Source: Amoeboaphelidium protococcarum X5
Taxonomy: Eukaryota; Fungi; Aphelidiomycota
Length of the DNA: 11,036 bases
Assembly: GCA_023515725.1 (NCBI GenBank)
Contig: JALDTO010000154.1
Coordinates: 380,447-391,482, forward strand
Direction of reading: 5' to 3'
The translations under genes were made by a program, and so were the position numbers. Under the pieces are notes generated by a model, which did not search any database, was not told where the DNA came from, and saw only the letters and a program-made list of their open reading frames with translations. This document shows, piece after piece, positions 1 through 8,692 of this stretch (position 1 is its first letter; each line of letters opens with the position of its first letter).

Positions 1-24
1 GGGGGGGGGGGGGGGGGGGGGGGG
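1..24. repeat. poly-G homopolymer at window edge
   Basis: 24 consecutive G at positions 1-24; may be a sequencing or assembly artefact. Confidence 0.8.
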
Positions 25-544
25 ATGGAATATTAGTAGTAACAGCCACAGCAGCAGCAACAGTGTTACCTGCAGAAGCAGTAGTGAGCTACTCGCAGTA
101 AGAGCAGCGTTAGGGGCAGAATTAGGACTAGTGGCGCCGGGAGAGAGCATCGTTCTGCAATACTGTATTGTGGAGAGGACAAACTTGTTACACCATTGCA
201 TGGCAGTTAGATTGTCTTGAAGTAGAGAACAATCCAGCAGCAGATGTGCCATCGTTTTTTATTTCTCACCACTTGTTTCTGTAAGAAATTAATAAGTGGG
301 GGTCGCTAGTAGCTTTGGGCGTTGGTGGTGACGTAAACAATATTAGACGTATCAAGTTCACTTGCAGACATTAAAGACTTTTTATCCACCAGCGCATCAT
401 AGTCAGAGTCTTTAAACTTCTTTTAAGCAAGCAAGATTTATCATATCACGCGGGCTGTGGCGATCAGGGATGCGTTAAAGAGTATCCAGGAACTCGACAT
501 CAATAACATACTCGAATCCTGCTGACTGCAGTTGCGCGTATAAC

Positions 545-840
545 GCGTTCTTCCAACGCCGAGCATATATGTCTAGAGAACCAGAACTCTAACAGGACAT
601 AAATCAGGCACGTGATGATCAGCCCATAAAATAAAACATTTTCTCACAGGATCGCATTTACATTACGATTGGATCCGTCATACAGACCCGCCACAGAAGA
701 TATCCCAGATTTCATGATTGATCAATGGTACTTTGTCTCTTTCAAACAATTCAAACCGTCAGTGCATCAACCAACTGATACTCTAATCAACGCGATCATC
801 CTCATGCATAGTGGGCAAAAGGTTTACAATACTTCCACAC
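545..840 (-). pseudogene. degenerate coding remnant, possibly a tyrosine-recombinase (Crypton/DIRS-like) fragment
   Basis: Minus frame reads ...HEDDRVDQSISWLMH*RFELFERDKVPLINHEIWDIFCGGSV*RIQSQCKCDPVRKCFILWADHHVPDLCPVRVLVLQTYMLG, with two internal TGA. The LW-D---P-LCPVR-L segment resembles the CPVR motif of eukaryotic tyrosine recombinases. Flanking protein-like stretches (~25-1365) switch frame. Confidence 0.3.
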
Positions 841-1493
841 GATCTTTGAACTCAAAAGACAGTATTTATACAAAATATTCAAGGCGGCTAACAACAGCAA
901 TACTGCACGTACACTACTCAATTTACTTTTATATCTTATCATATAAATAGAACCATTTTACAGAGCTACACGCTGTTTGACATCTTTGTCAATGGGACTA
1001 AGTTCTCTCTTCCAGTGCAACTGCTGCTAAAAGGACACCAGCCTCTCTTTTGCATCTAGGTGCAGCTGATCCTGCAGGATTTATCCGCGGTACACCTAAC
1101 TAAACATCCTTTATATTTTAAAAGCCTGTTGGACACATCCTCGAAAGTGCCAGTCTTTATTTTAGCAAACTTTGCAACTGCTTTCAAAAAATGCGTACTA
1201 CTGTATTTCGAAGCAACATGTACAGTATGTCTACAAGAATTTAAAACTACTGTACCACTATAATGCAGATTAGGCCATCCTATACCAGCATAGTACTTGG
1301 CCATTTAACAAAACTATGCGATAGTCTCAAAAACCATTTAGTACAATCTGATCTTCTCCATCATATCACGCTTAACTCAAAAAACCTTGCAGTAATGGAG
1401 CAAAACATACGTTCTGACAACAAGCAAACCTCTAAGGTTGCAGATTTACTACTTCATGCGAGAATAAGAAGGAGACGCAGATGCTAAATCTCC

Positions 1494-1498
1494 AAAAA
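1494..1498 (-). terminator. RNA polymerase III terminator (TTTTT)
   Basis: T5 run immediately 3' of the tRNA discriminator base on the minus strand. Confidence 0.85.
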
Positions 1499-1570
1499 GG
1501 GGACCTGCCGGAATCGAACCGACGACCTCTCCGACCCAAACGGAGAATTATACCCCTAAACCAAGGTCCC
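1499..1570 (-). tRNA. tRNA-Pro (anticodon TGG), 72 nt, intronless
   Basis: Reverse complement GGGACCTTGGTTTAGGGGTATAATTCTCCGTTTGGGTCGGAGAGGTCGTCGGTTCGATTCCGGCAGGTCCCC. Acceptor stem GGGACCT/AGGTCCC, anticodon loop TTTGGGT (TGG at 1538-1536), B box GGTTCGATTCC, no encoded CCA. Confidence 0.96.
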
Positions 1571-1579
1571 ATATTTGGA

Positions 1580-1583
1580 TGAA
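1580..1583 (+). repeat. target-site duplication TGAA (left copy; right copy 7099-7102)
   Basis: TGAA directly precedes the TG start of the 5' LTR and directly follows the CA end of the 3' LTR. Confidence 0.9.
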
Positions 1584-1881
1584 TGTTAGCACACGCGTCG
1601 ATCAAGTATCAACAACTAACTCTGTGGGGCTTAGTTGATCAACATTGTTTCAAGTGCGCGCCTCTCTCATCATTGACGTCTCGAATAGGCAAGTATCTGC
1701 AGTATATTTGCGCGCCACTTATGAACATTGATTTCTTCCACTTAACGTGTTAATAGAGTATTTATCTTATTAACATATTTTATCTTCCTGTACTTCTGTT
1801 GGTGTCTCTGTTTGACTCTTAATCTTTGTATATAGCTTCCCGTTTGTCCCTATTGTGTTTATAGTCTGTCCAAGAGTATCA
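1584..1881 (+). repeat. 5' LTR (298 bp)
   Basis: TGTTAGCACACG...AAGAGTATCA; no differences from 6801-7098 found on manual comparison. Confidence 0.97.
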
Positions 1882-1882
1882 C

Positions 1883-1892
1883 TTAACACGTT
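1883..1892 (+). promoter_or_regulatory. self-priming primer-binding site (Tf1-type)
   Basis: TTAACACGTT, 1 nt after the 5' LTR, is the exact reverse complement of AACGTGTTAA at 1744-1753 inside the LTR. No TGG-initiated tRNA PBS is present. Confidence 0.8.
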
Positions 1893-1905
1893 CTCTGTAA
1901 TAGTA

Positions 1906-2856
1906 ATGTCTGGCACTAACACTCCTCCCGTTGATATCAATTAACTGATGGCCATTAATCAGCAGCTCTAGAATTAAATATAATTCCTCTCTGACTAAAT
2001 GACTTTATTACAACATCACGCTGCGCACTCAACTTCATCAGCGCCGCCTCCGCCATCTGCATTATAGAAGCGTTAAATTGTCTATCCTGAGAAATTCGAT
2101 GGTAATGTAACTGAGTTCCGCTCATTCGTCAATTAATGCTAATTGATGTTTGACTTACATCCTGAAGCGTTTGCATCTGATGACATCAAAATCAAGACTG
2201 TTGGCTCTTTGCTCTGCAAGAAGGCAAGCAAGTACTATGATCCGATTATCGAATAGCCGGACCAGTACAAGGATGAGCTGAAATCTTATGATTCATTCAT
2301 TTAGTGCCTTAAGGATTGGTTATGCCCCGCTAGCTAGCGTGATAATGATGAGAAAGCACTACGTAAGCTGAAACAAGGCACTTCCTCTGTCTCCGCCTAT
2401 GCGGCTGAATTTAGATATCTCTCTTCTGGAATTGGTTGGAATGATACTTCCTTAAAGTCTGAATTTAGAGAAGGATTGAACAATGATGTCAGACTGCTTA
2501 TGTTATCTACGGATGAGCCGGAGTCTTTGTCTGAGTTGGTAAAATTAGCCATCCGTTGTGGTGAACGCGTTGCTGATATGAAGACCTTAGGTGGTGGTTA
2601 TCGTCACTTCAGAAAGTAGCATTCATCCAGTGGATCTTCTACTGCTTCTGCTTATTCTAACTCTTCTACTTCTGCTTCTCATTCTTCTTCTGGCCCTTCT
2701 CATCCAGACAATATGGAAATTGATCAAGTAAAGCGTGGTCCTCTGTCTGCAGAAGAACGCCAGCGTAGACTGACTGAGAGATTATGTTTATACTGCGGTG
2801 GTGCTGGACATATTAAATCTGACTGCTCTGTGTTGAAGAATCGTACTCAAGGGTGA
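1906..2856 (+). CDS. gag: Gag (capsid plus CCHC zinc knuckle), 316 aa with TAR=Gln
   Basis: ATG at 1906, MSGTNTPPVDINQLMAINQQLQNQIQ...; motifs PEKFDG, LRKLKQGTSSVSAYAAEF, FREGLN, MEID, CLYCGGAGHIKSDC; ends at TGA 2854-2856. Confidence 0.95.
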
Positions 2857-5800
2857 CTCTCGAATGAATATATTTTTAGTCTAACTTCAGCTACTTCATC
2901 AAAGATGATTCTTCCTACTTTATTAAAGTATGGCCCGCAGAATATCCACCTTCCTTTCCTCTTAGATTCTGGTGCTGACAGCTGCTTCCTTAATGAAAGT
3001 GTCGTTTCTTAATTTAATATTCCCGTCGTCAGATGTAAGAGTAAAGTCCGAGTATCTTTCGCTGATGGAGACAGGCAGAATAACGTGTACATAACGCATC
3101 AAACTGTACCCTTGTAAATGCATATTGGTACTCATATTGAAACCATTACGTTCTATGTGATTAAACTTGCTCATAGTGGAATTATTGGGTACTCATGGTT
3201 GAAACTGCATAATCCAGAGATTGATTGGTCTGCTGAAACTATTAAATTTGCATCGCCGCATTGTTTGACTAGTTGCGTTAACTCTCCGGAAACGATTTCA
3301 ACTTCCGTGGCCTCAGAAACCGCTTGTTCAGTAGTATCTTCCGAAAGTTAGCCTGTATACGTGTCTCTCCCAGATTCTCGCAATTCTCTTAGTCCTGAGT
3401 CAGTCCCTGCTGCAATGTCTGCATTCCATTCCGTCCCTTAACTTCCCTCTGCTGAGAATAATCCAGTTTTTGAATCCTTTGCTGTTGCTGTGCCTTAACC
3501 TGTCGGTGAGGATGCCATTATTGATGTTGTCTCTGATATTAATTAGTTTGACTCTTGTGTCTCTGTTTCCGTTTCTGATTCTTCGTCTATGTCCACTCCA
3601 TTAAATGTTAGGAGTGATTCTACTTCTGTCACTGCTTCTGTCTCTAGTCTCGATTCTGCTTCTGTCGCTACTTCCGTCTCTTGTCTCGATTCTGCGTCTG
3701 TCATTACTTCTGTCTCTAGTCTAGATTCAACTTCTGTCTCTGGTCCCTCTTGTCTCAGCATTAATGCAGCAATTCTTGGTATGTATGAGAAGGATTCTGA
3801 TAACACTATTATTCCTGGTTTCATTTATGAGGCTGAAGATGGTTCAATTAATTATCGATGCTTATCTGATGTTATCCAAGAGTAAGTTTGTTTAATGAAA
3901 GAGGATGCCGATGCATCTAATTCAACTCTCCCTAATTAGATTAAGGATTTTGGTGATGTATTCATGAAGTAGCAGTTAAATGAGCTTCCACCTCATCGTG
4001 AACAAGACTGCACTATTGACTTGGAGCCTGGTAGCAAGCCTCCTGTTGGTAAAATGTATAAATTGACTTAGGAAGAAGATTCTGTCATGCGTGAATGGTT
4101 ATCAAAGAATCTGGATCGTGGCTTCATACGCAAGAGCTAGTCACCTTATGGTGCTCCCTGTTTCTTTGTTCGCAAGGCTGACTGGACTAATGATTCTAAG
4201 TTACGACTCTGCATGGATTACCGTGGATTGAACAAGATTACCATTAAGAATCGGAATCCTCTGCCAAACATATCTGACATTTTCCGCTCTCTTTAGAAAG
4301 GAAAGTTGTTTACTGCATTGGATTTAGATGGTGCATTTGAGCTTCTGCGTGTCAAAGCTGGCCATGAAGCTAAAACCGCTTTTCTCACTAAATATGGTCA
4401 ATACGAATTTCTGGTGATGCCTTTTGGTTTGGCAAACGCTCCCGCTTAATTTCAAACATTCATGAATGATCTATTTAAGAACTAGATTGGCAAATTTGTT
4501 GTGGTTTATCTGGATGATATTGTTGTATATACTGATGGTGATGAAAAGGAACATTGGTAACATGTACGCGAAGTTTTGTAGATTCTCCGTTTTAATAAGC
4601 TTTACTGTAAACTGTCAAAGTGCAAGTTCGCTTAATCTTCTACGTCTTTCCTCGGCTATATTTTGTCCAAAGATGGTATTCTCATGGATCCTAGAAAAGT
4701 CGAAGCTGTTACTCAATGGCCAACGCCAAAGAATGTAAAGGATGTGATGATGTTCCACGGCTTTGTGAATTTCTACCGTAAATTCATTCCGCACTTTGCA
4801 GATCTGACGCGTCCTCTGACTTAACTACTCAAAAAGGATGTTGTTTTTACTTGGGATGCCGAGAGGTAGCACGCATTTGACTCGCTGAAGAAGATGTTTA
4901 ATAGTAATATTGTACTAAGTCATCCTGATGAAGAGAAACCTTTCGTGGTTGAAGCAGATGCGTCTGACTATGGCATTGCCGGTGTATTGTCTTAGTAGTC
5001 TGACTCTGGAGAATTTAAACCTGTCGCTTTCTATTCAAGATAACTCAATCCTGCTGAGCGTAATTATGAGATCTATGATAAGGAATTACTGGCAATTCAT
5101 CAATGCTTCAAAGAATGGCGCCACTTTCTGCAAGGTGGTAAGCATCAAGTTACAGTCTTGACTGATCATAAGAGTTTGCAATATTTCACGACCACAAAGC
5201 AATTGACAAGGAGATAGGCTAGATGGTCTCTATTCTTCTCTGAGTTTGATTTTGTCTTGACACATCGTCCTGGTGCCAGAAATGGTAAGGCTGATCTGCT
5301 CTCTAGACGCTCAGATTATGCGGTTGACGAAGAGAAATACAATTTTAGATGTTTGTTAGATCCTTCGAAGTTTGTGACTCCGTAAGAGTTGGATCTGTTT
5401 TCCATGTCCGTTGGTCAAGAGCTGTAGTGTTAGATGATCAGAAGTGATGTACTCAATAAGGAATTTGATGAAGAGCGTGACTGGCCTATGGTAATTGCGC
5501 ATTTCCTGTTGACGGACGAATGGTTGGATGTATCTAGTGACATATTGGATAAATGTAAGCAAGAGTGTCAACATTTCATCATGGTGCATGGAAAGTTACA
5601 CAGAATCCTGGCTGATAATCGATCGAAGAGACCTTACTTGCTAAAGTCTGATAGAGATGCTCATATAGCTCGATTCCATGATGGACTTGGTCATTTTAAG
5701 TATCATTCCATAGTTGACCTCATTGAACGCCGTTTCTGGTGGCCTGATATGCATGCCGACATTAAGTAGTATATTAAAGAGTGTGCGCAATGCTAACTTG

Positions 5801-6855
5801 ATGCTTCTAAGAATTAGTTCACGCAAAAGACTCTTCTGCGTCCTATTCCTCCCGTTGCTCTCCCATTCGAGAGATGGGGTATCGACTTTGTGCAGGATCT
5901 GTAAACGACTAAATCTGGTAATAATCACATCATTACCGCTATTGATTACGCTACTCGTTGGGTGGTTGCTAAAGCTGTGAAGTTTAGAGATTCTGATACT
6001 GTTGCAGATTTCCTCTACAATGATATCTTTATGAATTACGGTGCACCTTATGAGATTTTGTCTGATAGAGCAAAGTCATTCTTAGCTGATGGTATAGCGA
6101 AATATGAAAGAATGCAAGGTGTTAGACCAATTGCTACTGCACCTTATCACCCTCAAACTAATGGTATGGTAGAGAGAATGCATTCTATGCTCAATCACGC
6201 GATAACTACTTTAACTAATGGGCGTCCGGAAAGATGGGACGAGTATCTGAAGTAAGCTTTGTTTGGTATACGCTGCCGAACTCATGCAGTGACCAAGAAG
6301 TCACCATTCTACATGCTTTATGGTGTGGAGCCTCGTTTACTAGGTGATTCGCGTCCTCCTGAGTGCACTTTGCAGCCGTTGGATGAGATTGAGTAGCTTG
6401 AGGAGAAAGGAGAAATTATGGCAAGAACCTTTGAAGCTATGGGAGATTCCAGAGCTGCTGCGTATGAGAGATCTAAGACTTAGGCTGAAAGTATGAGAAG
6501 ACGTCACAATCTTGATCCGAATGCTCCAGAATATTACTTCAAGATTGGTGATTGGGTCAAGTTAAAGCATCACAGCATGAATAAGTTTGAATTCGATTGG
6601 AAGGGACCATATCATGTTGTCGACGTTGGATTCCCCGGTACCTACTGGTTGATGTCACCTGATGGAATACGATTTGATGCTACAGTTAATGAAAGAGATC
6701 TTGCTCCTTTTTTGGCAGCTACTGAGAAGAATAAAGACTATTTCTATGATGGATCTTCAAGGAGTTCTGTGGATTAGCTGCCGTTTAGAGAGGGGGCTAG
6801 TGTTAGCACACGCGTCGATCAAGTATCAACAACTAACTCTGTGGGGCTTAGTTGA
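2857..6855 (+). CDS. pol: Pol polyprotein (protease-RT-RNase H-integrase), 1332 codons, same frame as gag
   Basis: No TGA from 2857 to 6852. Protease LLDSGA (D 2965); [26 protein letters not shown] (4507-4518); RNase H EADASD, DKELLAI, TDHKSL, ADLLSR; integrase HHCC (H5677, H5692, CAQC), D5884/D6064/E6172 (D,D35E), GPY motif ~6604; stop TGA 6853-6855. Confidence 0.96.
3616..3756 (+). repeat. 36-bp coding tandem repeat (~4 degenerate copies) in the PR-RT spacer
   Basis: Encodes [12 protein letters not shown] / [12 protein letters not shown] / [12 protein letters not shown] / [11 protein letters not shown]; units start at 3616, 3652, 3688, 3724. Confidence 0.9.
6787..6796 (+). promoter_or_regulatory. 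polypurine tract
   Basis: AGAGAGGGGG, followed by CTAG and then the 3' LTR start at 6801. Confidence 0.85.
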
Positions 6856-7098
6856 TCAACATTGTTTCAAGTGCGCGCCTCTCTCATCATTGACGTCTCG
6901 AATAGGCAAGTATCTGCAGTATATTTGCGCGCCACTTATGAACATTGATTTCTTCCACTTAACGTGTTAATAGAGTATTTATCTTATTAACATATTTTAT
7001 CTTCCTGTACTTCTGTTGGTGTCTCTGTTTGACTCTTAATCTTTGTATATAGCTTCCCGTTTGTCCCTATTGTGTTTATAGTCTGTCCAAGAGTATCA
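6801..7098 (+). repeat. 3' LTR (298 bp)
   Basis: Direct repeat of 1584-1881, TG...CA. Confidence 0.97.
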
Positions 7099-7338
7099 TG
7101 AAATCGAAGGCACGCATACAGTATATACCACATTTGCATTTTTACAATCTGTTACAATCTTTATGCCAAAGTTTCGCCATTGAAAGCTTTGCCAGCAAGT
7201 AACGTTAAGAAATTTACCTTAATCAACTCAAAGTACGATCAACGCAATCCGGACTTATCGTTTCACTTTCTAATTGTTTCGAGATTTGAGGAATATTGCA
7301 AACTTTATAGTCAAATTTGCATTAATCATAGTTCATCA

Positions 7339-8607
7339 ATGAGTTTAAGTAGGCCACATTCTAGAAGCAAAAGCGCAGTAAGATTTTCTTTATATGATGA
7401 TGTTTGATCAATCTCACTATATCATATTTGTAGTCTTCAGCGATATCATTTGGTGCTTTTGGATCGTCTTTAAAGGCAACTCCGCAAATATAGTATAGCT
7501 AATCTGCGGATGAATACGAACTACTGAATGTAATTGGAATTATGGATGATATATCTCAAGCATATTGTGCAAAATTCAAGCCCGCTTCAATGGATGTTCC
7601 GTCTCTAGTCAACAAGCGAGATATAGTCACTGTCAAAGTCACCGATCTTAGTCTATCTACAGATTATGAGCTTATACTGGAAATGATAGTAAGCACTTAT
7701 GCCTTGAATATTATTTTGATTCACCCCAATGAGTATGGTAGAACATTGTGAGAAACACTAAACTGTGTCGCCATCCCAACATCTTGCAATACTATACTTG
7801 TTTTGTGGATCAGAGCGAGAAGCTGTGGACAATCACTCAGCCTGTTCGCATGGGATCTATCAAGCAGCTGATGATGGACTACTATCCAGATGGTCTTCCA
7901 AGCGAACAAATAGTCGCCACCATTACAAAGGAAGTAATTAAAGGCCTAAATTATCTCCACGAAAAACATCTCATCCACAAGTAAGTACGCAATTTATGCA
8001 TATTGATCCGACTCCGACTTGTAACATATATAATTTATAGTAACATACGTGCTGACAATATCTGGCTTGATGTGACGGGGGAGATCAAGATCACCGGGAT
8101 GCATCAATTGATCGATAAAATGTCTAAAGGCACTTTGAAACCTTCCGTGTATAAATTTGTGGGAGATCCGGAATGGTAAGCTCCGGAAGTAATTAGTCAG
8201 GTAGGAATTACAAGACGTGATGGCTGATGTTCTCTTTTATAACTGACATATTGTAGGCAACAACGTTTAACCAGAAAGTGGACATTTACTCTCTGGGAAT
8301 CACAGTGTGTGAAATGATACATGGCAAAACTCCATTCAGTCAATGGCCTGCTCTCAAGATACTGTTATGCAAGCTGCATTATGAGGTGCCAACAATGTAA
8401 GAGCAAGGTGAGAGTGAAAAGACAATGTCCAAAAATTATCAACGCTTCACCGAAAGATGCCTCACCAAGAATCCTCTGCAGAGACCAAATTGCTCTGAAC
8501 TCTTGGATGATCAGTTTGTAAAATCCGGCAGAGACGCTCATTACTTGGAGATCAATCTGGTGAGACCTATTAAAAGCAAATCCAGTGCATCAAAGTATAC
8601 TCAATGA
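7339..8607 (+). CDS. STE20-family (OSR1/SPAK/STRAD-like) pseudokinase, ~347 aa, 5 exons: 7339-7377, 7434-7688, 7742-7980, 8041-8200, 8257-8607
   Basis: Four GT-AG introns of 56, 53, 60 and 56 nt give a continuous frame: ADEYELLNVIG, VTVKVTDL, CRHPNILQYYTCFV, GLNYLHEKHLIHNNIRADNIWL, IKITGMHQ, FVGDPEWQAPEVI, VDIYSLGITVCEMIHGKTPF, CLTKNPLQRPNCSELL; TGA 8605-8607. The first exon is the least certain. Confidence 0.88.
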
Positions 8608-8692
8608 TTATGCATTGTTAAATGCAATATATAAGTTTATTTACACTAAAGTCACAACCACTCAATTCAACTTCATATTACAGCAATAAAAC

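Larger units (their letters stand above)
1584..7098 (+). mobile_element. full-length Ty3/gypsy (Metaviridae) LTR retrotransposon
   Basis: TG...CA termini, two 298-bp LTRs, flanking TGAA duplication (1580-1583, 7099-7102), gag then PR-RT-RNaseH-IN order, PPT before the 3' LTR. Confidence 0.98.

Noticed and set aside
1-24. Poly-G as telomere or G-quadruplex element
   Set aside because: A pure homopolymer at the window edge cannot be distinguished from an artefact.
669-1487. Plus-strand ORFs 669-950, 1060-1263 and 1263-1487 from the ORF track
   Set aside because: No recognisable motifs, two have non-ATG starts, and their TAR ends are not stops in this code.
1499-1570. tRNA as the TAR-decoding suppressor or as the element's RT primer
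   Set aside because: The anticodon is TGG (Pro), and its 3' end is not complementary to the sequence after the 5' LTR.
1579-1583. 5-bp TSD ATGAA
   Set aside because: It would require the 3' LTR to end at 7097, losing the canonical CA terminus shared with the 5' LTR; 4-bp TGAA fits better.
3616-3756. Repeat array as CRISPR-like
   Set aside because: Degenerate head-to-tail coding repeats with no unique spacers.
1906-6855. Retrotransposon as a stop-riddled (RIP-inactivated) pseudogene
   Set aside because: The interruptions are TAA/TAG (apart from the one gag-pol TGA), several at conserved Gln sites; there are no frameshifts, the LTRs are identical, and host genes show the same usage.
2962-6970. 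Alternative-frame and antisense ORFs inside the element (e.g. 2962-3174, 3543-3824, 4466-4738, 5641-5928, 6662-6970), including a possible env or antisense gene
   Set aside because: They are shadows of the pol frame; 3543-3824 simply mirrors the 36-bp repeat. There is no room for env between integrase and LTR.
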